Below, in pieces: positions 1 to 9,358 of a stretch of 64,000 nt of DNA. The notes under the pieces are model-generated. The model made no database searches, was not told the origin of the DNA, and saw only the letters and a list, made by a program, of their open reading frames with translations. The stretch covers positions 10,450 through 74,449 of the forward strand of contig CAZQLD010000002.1 in NCBI GenBank assembly GCA_964594115.1. Reading direction: 5' to 3'. The position numbers and the translations under genes are program-made. Every line of letters starts with the position of its first letter. Within the stretch, counting starts at the first letter, position 1. The stretch comes from Candidatus Woesearchaeota archaeon. GTDB taxonomy: Archaea > Nanobdellota > Nanobdellia > Pacearchaeales > GW2011-AR1.

Positions 1-52
1 ATATTGGTTCTTTATTATTTAATATAGTGGGTATGTTTTAAAACATTTTAAA

Positions 53-1042
53 ATGAAAAGGAAAATCATCAAGCAAGGGCATAATACTCTGACTATAACT
101 CTTCCTTCTGATTGGGTGAAGAAATTTAACTTGAAAGCAGGCAGTGAGATAGATTTAGTTGAAAGGGAAAACGGGTTATTTATTACAACAGAGAAAAATG
201 GAGAGAGTAAGAGGGCAGAGTTTAATATTGCCGGAATGGATATTCCAACAATATGGAAGCATTTTATGGCTGTTTATAGAGAGGGTTATGACGAACTTCT
301 AGTTAAATTTCCTAAAGATATTAAGTTAGATAGTCCTTATAAATTTCTTACTGTCCATAGATTAGACCAGAGATATGGAAAAGCAAGAGAGAAAAAGACA
401 ATACTAGGAGTATTGCAGGGATTTGTAACAAGATTTATTGGTTATGAGATAGTTGACCATGGAAAAGATTTTATCATTGTTAGAGAAATGGGAGAACTGA
501 CTAGCAAGCAGTTTGACAATTCTCTGAGAAAAATATTTCTCCTTCTTCAGGAAATGTCAGAAGAAACTTTAGAGGCTATTGAAACCGGCAACCCTAAGTT
601 ATTAATACAGATTCATGATGTGGATGTAAATCTAGATAAGTTCCATGATTATTGTGTCAGAATATTAAATAAAACAGCAAATAAAGAACCCAGGAAGTCA
701 GAACTCTTATTTGCTACACTTTATATTTTGGAGATGTTAGGAGATGAATTTAAGCATATCTCCCATCATCTTGTTCAGGATTTTCCTAAATCTAAGTTAA
801 AGAATATAAAAGACCTGGCAAAATCTGTTAAAGAACAAATGGATGTTTTTTATGATCTCTTTTATAAGTTTGAGAAAAGTAAGATTAAGAAAATAGCAGA
901 AATTGACAGCAGGAGTTATTTCAGAATTCCAGAGATGTATAAAAAAGCAAATGAAGATGAAAAAGAAATCTATCATCATTTAAGAATGATAGGAAGGTAT
1001 ATTAATGCTCTTCTTGAATTAAGGATTGAGATGGAATTCTAA
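53..1042 (+). CDS. PhoU-like phosphate uptake regulator with N-terminal AbrB/SpoVT swapped-hairpin domain
   Basis: N-terminus 'KQGHNTLTITLPSDWVKKFNLKAGSEIDL' looks like an AbrB/MazE fold. The ~330-aa helical remainder matches archaeal PhoU-homolog architecture. Confidence 0.5.
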   Translation: MKRKIIKQGHNTLTITLPSDWVKKFNLKAGSEIDLVERENGLFITTEKNGESKRAEFNIAGMDIPTIWKHFMAVYREGYDELLVKFPKDIKLDSPYKFLTVHRLDQRYGKAREKKTILGVLQGFVTRFIGYEIVDHGKDFIIVREMGELTSKQFDNSLRKIFLLLQEMSEETLEAIETGNPKLLIQIHDVDVNLDKFHDYCVRILNKTANKEPRKSELLFATLYILEMLGDEFKHISHHLVQDFPKSKLKNIKDLAKSVKEQMDVFYDLFYKFEKSKIKKIAEIDSRSYFRIPEMYKKANEDEKEIYHHLRMIGRYINALLELRIEMEF

Positions 1043-1076
1043 AGATTTTTATATTGAGTTTGTTTATTTTTTATAT

Positions 1077-1149
1077 AGCCCTGTAGTGTAGTGGTCAAGC
1101 ATCTTTGGTTCTGGGCCAAAGGACCCAGGTTCGAATCCTGGCGGGGCTA
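1077..1149 (+). tRNA. tRNA-Gln (anticodon CTG)
   Basis: Cloverleaf read by eye: acceptor AGCCCTG/CGGGGCT (one G-U), anticodon stem TTTGG/CCAAA, loop TTCTGGG, T-arm CCAGG-TTCGAAT-CCTGG. A TATA-like 'tttatatt' lies ~25 nt upstream. Confidence 0.75.
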
Positions 1150-1215
1150 TTTTTAGGATTCGAAGCTGGAAGGGGTTATCAATAATTTTATATACTCTTT
1201 TTTCTTATATAATTC

Positions 1216-1464
1216 ATGGCAGAAAAGGAAATTGGAGTTGTTTCGAACTATTTTGACCATGTGCAAGCAGCTGCTATAAAACTTAAAGGAGCACTGAAAG
1301 TAGGGGACACTATACACATCAAAGGGGGAGATACAGATTTTGAGCAAGAAGTAGACAGTATGCAGATAAACAGAGAGGTCGTGAAAAAAGCAAAAAAAGG
1401 CGACGAAATAGGAATAAGGGTAAATGAAAAGGTTCGAAAAGGATATAAGGTTTATAAGAAATAA
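1216..1464 (+). CDS. small beta-barrel protein resembling EF-Tu domain II
   Basis: 82 aa with 'VGDTIHIKGGDTDFEQEVDSMQINREVVKKAKKGDEIGIRV', resembling elongation-factor domain-2-only proteins. Confidence 0.35.
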   Translation: MAEKEIGVVSNYFDHVQAAAIKLKGALKVGDTIHIKGGDTDFEQEVDSMQINREVVKKAKKGDEIGIRVNEKVRKGYKVYKK

Positions 1465-1548
1465 GGTTCTTAAAAAGGAGTTTTATTTCTATTTGAATTT
1501 TTCTTAATTTCATAAGTTTTAAAAATAGTGATGCTTTTACAGGAGTAT

Positions 1549-1721
1549 GCTCCTGTAGTGTAGTGGCCAAGCATACGGGCCTCTCGAACAGGGAGTTTAC
1601 TTGATGAAAGGATAACTCTGTCTGCTTGGACAACTGTAATCTCTGGCGAAAACCAGAAGGTGAGTGTTTTTGCACTCTAAGGAGAACGCCCGTGACCCGG
1701 GTTCAAATCCCGGCAGGAGCA
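1549..1721 (+). tRNA. tRNA-Glu (anticodon CTC) with ~100-nt intron in the anticodon loop
   Basis: 5' exon GCTCCTG-TA-GTGT..GCAT-A-CGGGC-CTCTCG (1549-1586). 3' exon GCCCG-TGAC-CCGGG-TTCAAAT-CCCGG-CAGGAGC-A (1688-1721). The acceptor pairs perfectly. The intervening ~101 nt are unpaired intron. Confidence 0.7.
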
Positions 1722-1858
1722 TTTATAATTTAATTTGTGCTCGTAGGCGGGCTTTATAAGCCAACCTAATAAGAATAGGGCATAGCACTAATTCCTCACC
1801 ACCCCCTCGCGGGGATTTGAATGATTGACTGTTTAAATAACATTTTACTAAAATAAAT

Positions 1859-2206
1859 ATGGAAAAACTTATGAATATTTGGGCAAAGATTAATTCAATA
1901 ATCATTATCCCGCTTTTGATAGTTTTAGTTATATTCATTCCAGCAGTTTTTACTGAAGGAATTACAAAAGGAATGAATGCTTTATTGATAGGCATTTTTA
2001 TTATTCTGTTTTATTTGCCTTTAATTTATTATGCTTGGGTTAAGAAACCAAATAATAAAAAGATGAAGGTATTTGCAAAAATTACAACAGGTTTAACAGC
2101 TATTTTATCTATAAGAATTATGATGGTTGATAAAGATTTACAACTATTAATAGAAGCACTTATATTCTATGCACCATTATTCTATTACGCCTGGAGAAAA
2201 AAATAA
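1859..2206 (+). CDS. small integral membrane protein (internally duplicated, 4 predicted TM helices)
   Basis: Hydrophobic stretches; the two halves end in a similar 'YYAWVKK' / 'YYAWRKK' motif. Confidence 0.4.
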   Translation: MEKLMNIWAKINSIIIIPLLIVLVIFIPAVFTEGITKGMNALLIGIFIILFYLPLIYYAWVKKPNNKKMKVFAKITTGLTAILSIRIMMVDKDLQLLIEALIFYAPLFYYAWRKK

Positions 2207-2305
2207 ATAAATTCTTACTCAGAATAGTTCTAGAAAATTTTCTCAAATAGAAATCTTTAAATACTGATAAATCAATAATATTATAGATAAATCAATAGAT
2301 GGAAA

Positions 2306-2968
2306 ATGGTAAAATTAGAAAGAAAACAAGAAGAAGGTTTTCGTGCAATTTTTGGAAACTTAGAAATTTCTCATTTAGAAGGAACTATAATTGCCTCTTT
2401 CTTTCCAGAAGCTAAAGAAATGACTATAAAAGAAATTCAAGAAAGGATAGATTATTCTTATGAAAGAGTCAATTCTGCATTAAAATCCCTAACTGAAAAG
2501 AAGATTGTTGTTGAAAAGCAAAAAGGAAAAACTCTCATTTATTCTCTTGACACAAATAGTCTATATTCATATAGTTTAGGTTTTAATAGATATATACTTC
2601 AAAGAGAGGTCAATTTCATAAGAAAACATAGACCAATCTATAAAGCAATTCAAGAAATAGAAAATTATCCTTTTTCATGGAGTGTAATTTTATTTGGAAG
2701 TTATTCAAAAGGAACTGAAACTAAAGAAAGTGATGTTGATTTGATGGTTACTTGTATTCCTTCTAAAGAAAAAGAGGTAAACAATTTTATCAAATCATTA
2801 GAGCATAAATACGGGATTAATTTTTCTCCAGTAGTTTTGCCAATATATGAATTCTCTAATATTAAAAAAGATAATCCTGAGCTATGGAACGATTTAAAAT
2901 TGTATGGAATAGTATTTAAGGGAGGAGATTCATTTTATTATTGGATGTATAAAGATGCGAGCAGTTAA
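2306..2968 (+). CDS. minimal nucleotidyltransferase (Pol-beta superfamily, MNT-like) with N-terminal wHTH
   Basis: 'LFGSYSKGTETKESDVDLMV' is the GS-x9-13-DhD nucleotidyltransferase signature. The N-terminal ~80 aa form a winged-helix-like domain. Confidence 0.6.
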   Translation: MVKLERKQEEGFRAIFGNLEISHLEGTIIASFFPEAKEMTIKEIQERIDYSYERVNSALKSLTEKKIVVEKQKGKTLIYSLDTNSLYSYSLGFNRYILQREVNFIRKHRPIYKAIQEIENYPFSWSVILFGSYSKGTETKESDVDLMVTCIPSKEKEVNNFIKSLEHKYGINFSPVVLPIYEFSNIKKDNPELWNDLKLYGIVFKGGDSFYYWMYKDASS

Positions 2969-3473
2969 TTGGTATATCAAGCAAGGGAAACTTTCAAAAG
3001 ATAATTCATATAAGAATCTAGCAAATAAATTCTTACAAAAAGCTAGACAGAACCTTATAACAATGAGCATTCTTTCTGAATTAAACGATAACGAAAAGGC
3101 AAGAGATTTACTTAAAACCCCAAAAGATTATGATTCAAATGAATGGGTTGTTATCACAGGATATTATGCAATGTATACTGCTGCAATCTCACTATTAGCT
3201 AAAATAGGTTACAGAAGTAAGAACCATACAGCAACTTTATGTGTTTTAGAAGAATTTTTTGTTAAAAAGAAAATTTTAGATGAAGATATCTTAATATTAC
3301 TCAAATCAGCGATGTTCCACAAAGAAGAAATTGAAAAGCTATCTGATGCGAAACATAAAAGAGAAATTGCTCAATATAGCATAACAAAACAAACAACAAA
3401 ATCTATTGCAGAAAAAATAAAAAAAAATGCTTATGACTTTATCAACAAGTGTGAAGAAATAATTAAGAAATAG
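2955..3473 (+). CDS. helical HEPN-like partner protein
   Basis: Overlaps the NTase gene by 14 nt, the typical MNT/HEPN operon arrangement. Predicted all-alpha. 'RSKNH' could be a degenerate Rx4-6H motif. Confidence 0.35.
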   Translation: MRAVNWYIKQGKLSKDNSYKNLANKFLQKARQNLITMSILSELNDNEKARDLLKTPKDYDSNEWVVITGYYAMYTAAISLLAKIGYRSKNHTATLCVLEEFFVKKKILDEDILILLKSAMFHKEEIEKLSDAKHKREIAQYSITKQTTKSIAEKIKKNAYDFINKCEEIIKK

Positions 3474-3536
3474 AAAATTAATTAAACTCCGACGACTTAT
3501 GTTAATTAATAATCATAAAAAAGAGGAAAAAGGAAA

Positions 3537-3836
3537 ATGAAAGAGAGGACAAGAAAACTTTTAGAGGAAATTATTAAAAACAGATCATATTTTGACGGAT
3601 GGTCTGTCGGGCATTTTATTTTTGGGGTGGTGGTTGGCTTGATATTAAAGAAAATAGGATTGCTGTTTATAACTTCTGTATTTGCTTCACTATCTGTTTT
3701 TATGTTGTGGGAGATTATAGAGCCAGGAGTTTTCAAGAAGGTTATTAAAAAAGAATTTCGTGAAAACAGAACAAATCAAATAATGGATATATTTTATGGT
3801 TTTGTAGGATTTTTAGTTTATTGGCATATTTTTTAG
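3537..3836 (+). CDS. small membrane protein
   Basis: Two hydrophobic helices; 99 aa. Confidence 0.3.
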   Translation: MKERTRKLLEEIIKNRSYFDGWSVGHFIFGVVVGLILKKIGLLFITSVFASLSVFMLWEIIEPGVFKKVIKKEFRENRTNQIMDIFYGFVGFLVYWHIF

Positions 3837-3960
3837 AAGTATATACTTTTTTCTTGTTACCCCTTGAAAAAGACTTTTCTGGGAAAAATTTATAAAGCTG
3901 TTTTTATGAAGACTAATATAAAAACTGGATTTTATGTCTGGGTTTGATTATTAGTAGAAA

Positions 3961-5316
3961 ATGGAAACAGATAAATTTTATTATATAAATGTAAGTACTT
4001 TTCCTCCAAGAAGATGTGGGATTGCCAGTTTTGCGAAAGACATGATGGAAAATCTTGATTCAAATAACTGGATAGCGTTACCAATAGTGAGGAAATTAGG
4101 ATGCACATCCTATGCTATAAATCATCGTTTGCATATAGGGCCAGAGATAAAGCAAGATTGTCCTATTTCATATGATGCTGGTGCCGGATTTATAGTTGAT
4201 TATGCTAAGGAGTTAAGGAGTCAAGGAGGAGATTTGGGGTGTTTTATGAATCATGAAAATGGAATTTTTGGAGAAGATGATAGACAAGATAATGCTACAA
4301 GATTTTTGGAAATATTAAATGAGGGGAAAGTTGCTGTTTTTGGTGTAGGACATACTGTTCTTTATGATAGCAAGAGAGAAGATTTTATTCACAAAAGGAA
4401 TGTTTTAAAGAATATTTTAGAAAAATGTGATAAATTTGCTTGTTTAACAAATTCAGTTTTAGATATATTGATGGATGAAAATTTGTATGGCCCCAAATTT
4501 GGTGTTTCTCGGGGAAAATTAATTCATATAGCCCATGGGATACCTAAAATCAATATTCTTAAAAAAAGAAGTGAACTAAAAAGAGAATATGATTTTGTTA
4601 CTGAAAAAGGAGAAGACAAAAAACTTTTTACTTCTATAGGGTATATATCTAGAGCAAAGGGTTTGGAATTTGTGATTGAAGGATTGGATATTGTTTTAGG
4701 AAAAATTAATGGAGATGCTTTAGTTGGTTTAATTGCTGGGGGAACTCATCAAGAGGTATTGGCTAGAGAAGGTGAAAAATATAGAGATGAATTAATTGCT
4801 TTGGCTAAAACCAAAAAGAATATTCGAGGAGCAATTATCACCAGGGATGATAGTAGAAAAGAGAAAATTACAGATCTTTATGGAAAAACGTTGGGGAATA
4901 TAAGAGGAGCAAATTTAGTATTTCTAAATGTTCACCTTTCGGATGATGAATTGTTAAGAGTTATGAAGATGAGTGATTGCGGGATTATTGCTAATTTGGG
5001 AAAAGATCAAATTTCTAGTGGTCCTGGAGCTTATTGGATTGGAAGTAGTAGGATAACAATTGCTACAGAATCTCCTTTTTTTAGAGATATGGAAAAACAA
5101 GGCATAGGGCTTTTAGTCCCTTTTAGTGATTCAAAAGCAATTGCAGATAGAGTTCAACATGTGATAAGTTTATCTGAAGATGATTTTAATGAACTAGAAT
5201 TTATTGCCTCGGATTTTGGGTGTACTAATACATGGTCGATAGTTGGTAAACAATATCGTAATTTAATGGATAAGTTGATAAGGCATAAAGCTGGTTTAAG
5301 AGATGATTTTGATTGA
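3961..5316 (+). CDS. family-4 (GT-B) glycosyltransferase
   Basis: N-terminus 'RRCGIASFAKDMMENL' resembles the GT4 'GGxxxxxxxLAxxL' motif. C-terminal 'ESPFFRDMEKQGIGLLV' fits the E-x7-E motif region. Confidence 0.45.
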   Translation: METDKFYYINVSTFPPRRCGIASFAKDMMENLDSNNWIALPIVRKLGCTSYAINHRLHIGPEIKQDCPISYDAGAGFIVDYAKELRSQGGDLGCFMNHENGIFGEDDRQDNATRFLEILNEGKVAVFGVGHTVLYDSKREDFIHKRNVLKNILEKCDKFACLTNSVLDILMDENLYGPKFGVSRGKLIHIAHGIPKINILKKRSELKREYDFVTEKGEDKKLFTSIGYISRAKGLEFVIEGLDIVLGKINGDALVGLIAGGTHQEVLAREGEKYRDELIALAKTKKNIRGAIITRDDSRKEKITDLYGKTLGNIRGANLVFLNVHLSDDELLRVMKMSDCGIIANLGKDQISSGPGAYWIGSSRITIATESPFFRDMEKQGIGLLVPFSDSKAIADRVQHVISLSEDDFNELEFIASDFGCTNTWSIVGKQYRNLMDKLIRHKAGLRDDFD

Positions 5317-6090
5317 TTAAACTCTTTTCTTGTATCTTCTTTCAATAGCTAAAAGGACAGCTGTTCCCACTACAACCAGTAAGAAAACATACACAAATTT
5401 TTGGTTTCTGATAGTTGAATAGAAAGACTCGTCTCCTTCTTTTGGGCGCAGTCCTCCTGTTACAGGGCTTCCTCCTGTAGTCAGTTTTTCATCTAAAATT
5501 CCTATAACATTTCCAGTTAGTGCAACACTGCTTCTTGTTATGGTTGTTTTGCCGTCAGTTACTTTGATATTGTAAGTTCCATCAGGGGCAATTAATCTAA
5601 AGCTTGTTTCTTCTCCTACTTCAAGGTCTATTTTTTTAGTTCCGAGAGTCTCGCCAATAATAATCTGGATAGTTTTTGTATATCTGGCATTTCCTATGTT
5701 TTTTACAATAAGTTTGTCTCCTTGTATTTCAAATCTCACTTCTTCATTCATTTCTATTGTAAAAAATTCTGTTACCTCTGCATCTTCATATCTGGCTGTT
5801 ATTGTCCAGTAGCCGTGTTTTGCTTTTTCTCCTAGATTTATATCAATTAGTTTATTTGACTGAATTGTCCTTTCTATTCTTGTTCTTTTTTCTGCATCTT
5901 CAATTATGACAACAACATTTGCATCAATTGGATTATTTTGAGCATCATAAAGTGAAACTTTGAATGTTAGACTTTCGCCTGCTGAAAAACTTTCTTTTGT
6001 TGTTGATATTTCTATTTTATTCTCTTGGGCCATAACAAGTGATAAAAGGGCTAGTAAAATTATGCAGACAGCTATCAGTCTTTTTTTCAT
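5317..6090 (-). CDS. secreted protein with C-terminal membrane anchor
   Basis: Signal peptide 'MKKRLIAVCIILLALLSLVMAQ', a beta-rich ectodomain, a Gly-rich segment, and a C-terminal TM plus 'RRYKKRV' tail. Confidence 0.45.
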   Translation of the reverse strand: MKKRLIAVCIILLALLSLVMAQENKIEISTTKESFSAGESLTFKVSLYDAQNNPIDANVVVIIEDAEKRTRIERTIQSNKLIDINLGEKAKHGYWTITARYEDAEVTEFFTIEMNEEVRFEIQGDKLIVKNIGNARYTKTIQIIIGETLGTKKIDLEVGEETSFRLIAPDGTYNIKVTDGKTTITRSSVALTGNVIGILDEKLTTGGSPVTGGLRPKEGDESFYSTIRNQKFVYVFLLVVVGTAVLLAIERRYKKRV

Positions 6091-6174
6091 TATAATTATT
6101 TCAATTATAAAGAATATTTAAACATATCGTTTAATAACAATAATTATTTAAATGATATTTTCGTTTCTTAAGTA

Positions 6175-9100
6175 ATGGAAAAAAGAGTTGCAATTAGGTA
6201 TTTAATATTTGGAATTATGGTTATTGGGTTGTTTTTAACTTTAATTATTCTCAGGTTAAAGGTAGATTTTATTGGCATTACTGGTTATGCTGTTTATACT
6301 ACTCAGGATATAGGGTATGTAGAAAGGGGTGTTTATTGGAATAAAATTGATAAGGGAGGGGGAAATTATAATCTGGAAATTTATAATGCTGTAATTAATT
6401 ATAATAATGGAACAGAGTATGAGCCAATTAGTTATGGTGTTTGCGGGAGTAATTGTTTTAGAAACTGGGATGGGCTTATTTACAAAACAAGCAGTGATTC
6501 TCAGAGAGCTTATATAGAATTATATGATGTGGATGGCAATATTATTACAAAATTTGGATTTGGAATTACAGGTAGTATTTTAGGAGCAAATCAAAAATAT
6601 AGTACTTTAAATTTTACCTGGACATGGACTCAGGAGCTGGATATGTCAACAAATGAGTATACTTTTAAGGCTTGGAATAACAGAGCAGATTTTAATTGGA
6701 CACAGGAATTTCATTTTTATCCTGATCAGCCAATGAAAATTAAGAATATTCTTGTGAATAATCTTGGGGAGGATATACTCAATGCAAAATTCTGGTACAT
6801 TCAGACTGTCGGAGCAGAAGAGGGTATATGGTTTAATGGAACAAAATATACAGAAGATGCTTTTAAAACAGGAGATTTTGATTCTTTAATGCCTTATGTT
6901 AAGTTTGAGGATGATTATATTTTTGATTATACTGATTTGTTGGCAAATGGTTTTAACATAACTGACTTTTATTTAGGAGATGGAGAGATTATAGGGGTAA
7001 GTGGGATAAGGATGTTGGCTATTGGAGTTACAAGAGGGTCTAGCACTTTTTCAGATGGGCTTATTGTGACAGTAGACCCAACAGTAAAAATTGGCGGGAG
7101 TGGAAATGGTGAGGATGTTTATGTTGATAAATCAACTCCAAATAGAAATCATGGAGATAAAGATTATCTTAAAGTTCAGAAACTAACCTGGCAGAGAGCT
7201 TATTTGAAATTTAATATATCTGAAATTCCTTCTGGCCAGGTAATTGACAATGCAAGCTTATGTTTATTTATGTATGATGATCAGGGAAGCAATATACTTC
7301 TTGCTAATCATGTTTATGATGATTCTTGGTGTGAAGGAGATGGTGGGACAGATGGAAGTCCTGCTTGTGAAGTAACCTGGAACAACCAGCCTTGCGGAAC
7401 TGAAAATGAGTATTTAAATGCAAGCAACTGCAATACAACAGCAGAGACAAATTTGTCTAATGATGGAAGTTTAGATGATACATGGCAGTGTTGGAATGTC
7501 ACTAATATGATTAAGACAGAGTATGCTTCTAGTAATGAGTTAGTTTCTATAATCTTATGGACTATAGACTCTGGAAATGCAGATTTTTTTCATACTAAAG
7601 AGTATTTTAATAATAGTGTATGGCCTTATCTTAATATAACTTATCATACTGCTAATACTGCACCATCTATGAGTCTTGTTTTACCCCAAGATGGAGCAAA
7701 TTACGGAAATAATGAGTCTATTGAATTGAATTTTTCTGTTTCTGATGCTGAAAGCAATATAGACAGTTGCTGGTATAGTATTAATAATGGAAATAATATT
7801 ACAATAAATAACTGTGTAAATACAACTTTTGATGTTCCTGGAGATGGCTCTTATATTCTGAATATTTATGTAAATGATAGTTACGGATTAGCGTCAGAGT
7901 CCAGTTCAAATTTTTCAGTTCAGGTAGGTGCTCCAACAATTGTTTTGCATTCTCCTATAAATGTTTATTTAAGGTATAATAATATTGAGTTTGATTACAC
8001 TCCAACAGATATTGATTTAGATAGTTGTGAATTGTGGGGGAATTTTACAGGCAGTTTTGGATTAAATCAGACAGATACAAATGTTATTAGTGGAATTGTG
8101 AATAGTTTTAATCTTGATTTAGAAGAAGGCACTCATCTTTGGAATATTAGATGTAATGATTCTTTAGGAAATTCTGTATTTAATGGAAATAAGACATTTT
8201 ATGTTGATACAACAAATCCTGATTTAAGCATAAGTGAACCTTTTGGGAGTAAATCAAGCAGAACAGGAATTCCATTGACCTTCAGTGTTTCTGATACTAA
8301 TTTAGAAAGTTGCTGGTATAATGTTGAGTGGGCTACTGGTGGAATTGTGATTGCAAATACTAGTATAGTAAACTGCACAAATATTGTTTTTGATGTTTCT
8401 TCAGATGGGAACTATGTTTTGAATCTTTTTGTAAATGATTCAGCTGGCAGTTCTAATTATACTAGTTCTAGTTTTTCTGTTACTACCTCAATTCCTAGTC
8501 CGCCTTCAGGCGGAGGAGGCGGTGGAGGAGGTTCTGTAGTTTTAAGTTTAGGAAAATTAGAGCTTAGCCAAATTTCAAACTTAATTGTAGACCCCGGTGA
8601 GAGTAAAAAATTAGTCTTAGGAGTTAAAAATATTGGGAAAATATTTTTAAATGATTGCAAGGCAAAAGGAAAAGGAGAAAATGAAGGGTGGATAATATCA
8701 GAAGGAATAAAGGGGCTAAGTGCAGGTGAAGAATATGATTTTATTTTCACTTTAAATATTCCTAAAGCATTAGGGGCAGGTTCATATAATTTAGAACTAG
8801 AGGTAGTATGCCAAGAATCTAATGAGTCAGTTAATTTTAGTGCAGAAATTATTGAAAAAAAGTTGAGTGTAGATTTAATTACTGTAGAAAAGGGAAGTAA
8901 AGAAGGAGTTAAGATTATTTATTCTTTAACAGAGCTTTCTGGGTTTGATCAGGAGGTAAGAGTAGAAATTGTTTTATTTGGAGAGAATAATGAGAGATTA
9001 GCAGAAAAATCAGAAAGCAGGAAAATACTGGCAGGCTCAAATAAAGAGTTCGAAACTATTCTTAATAACCCTGAAAATTTGGCTGGAAGCGTTAATCTTT

Positions 9101-9318
9101 TGATTAATGCGATTTCTGATACTTCTTCAGCTTTTGTGCAAGAAGACATTGTTTTAGGAGATTCAAAGATTGGAGGGTTGGCTATTTTAAGTGAATCAAC
9201 TAGGGATATTGTTTTTAGTGTCTTTTTTATTGCTGTATTTGTAGTATTAGCTTTCTTTATAATAAGAAGGATTTTTAAGTTGAGAAAACTGAAGAAAAAG
9301 GGAAGTATAGGATTGTAG
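6175..9318 (+). CDS. large N-glycosylated cell-surface protein (1,047 aa), paralog of the ectodomain of the giant ORF
   Basis: N-terminal TM with many N-x-S/T sequons. Two 'SCWY..N..NITINNC.NTTFDV..DG.Y.LN..VNDS' Ig-like repeats. A DNRLRE-like beta domain (aa ~300-400). A 'PSPPSGGGGGGGGS' linker, then a beta domain and a C-terminal TM anchor. Confidence 0.6.
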   Translation: MEKRVAIRYLIFGIMVIGLFLTLIILRLKVDFIGITGYAVYTTQDIGYVERGVYWNKIDKGGGNYNLEIYNAVINYNNGTEYEPISYGVCGSNCFRNWDGLIYKTSSDSQRAYIELYDVDGNIITKFGFGITGSILGANQKYSTLNFTWTWTQELDMSTNEYTFKAWNNRADFNWTQEFHFYPDQPMKIKNILVNNLGEDILNAKFWYIQTVGAEEGIWFNGTKYTEDAFKTGDFDSLMPYVKFEDDYIFDYTDLLANGFNITDFYLGDGEIIGVSGIRMLAIGVTRGSSTFSDGLIVTVDPTVKIGGSGNGEDVYVDKSTPNRNHGDKDYLKVQKLTWQRAYLKFNISEIPSGQVIDNASLCLFMYDDQGSNILLANHVYDDSWCEGDGGTDGSPACEVTWNNQPCGTENEYLNASNCNTTAETNLSNDGSLDDTWQCWNVTNMIKTEYASSNELVSIILWTIDSGNADFFHTKEYFNNSVWPYLNITYHTANTAPSMSLVLPQDGANYGNNESIELNFSVSDAESNIDSCWYSINNGNNITINNCVNTTFDVPGDGSYILNIYVNDSYGLASESSSNFSVQVGAPTIVLHSPINVYLRYNNIEFDYTPTDIDLDSCELWGNFTGSFGLNQTDTNVISGIVNSFNLDLEEGTHLWNIRCNDSLGNSVFNGNKTFYVDTTNPDLSISEPFGSKSSRTGIPLTFSVSDTNLESCWYNVEWATGGIVIANTSIVNCTNIVFDVSSDGNYVLNLFVNDSAGSSNYTSSSFSVTTSIPSPPSGGGGGGGGSVVLSLGKLELSQISNLIVDPGESKKLVLGVKNIGKIFLNDCKAKGKGENEGWIISEGIKGLSAGEEYDFIFTLNIPKALGAGSYNLELEVVCQESNESVNFSAEIIEKKLSVDLITVEKGSKEGVKIIYSLTELSGFDQEVRVEIVLFGENNERLAEKSESRKILAGSNKEFETILNNPENLAGSVNLLINAISDTSSAFVQEDIVLGDSKIGGLAILSESTRDIVFSVFFIAVFVVLAFFIIRRIFKLRKLKKKGSIGL

Positions 9319-9358
9319 TTATAGAAAGATTTTTAAATGTAAGTTATTTTTAGTCAAT

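Noticed and set aside
1153-1995. Minus-strand ORFs 1153..1347, 1319..1675, 1723..1995
   Set aside because: They overlap tRNA-Gln, tRNA-Glu and their intergenic region and are spurious.
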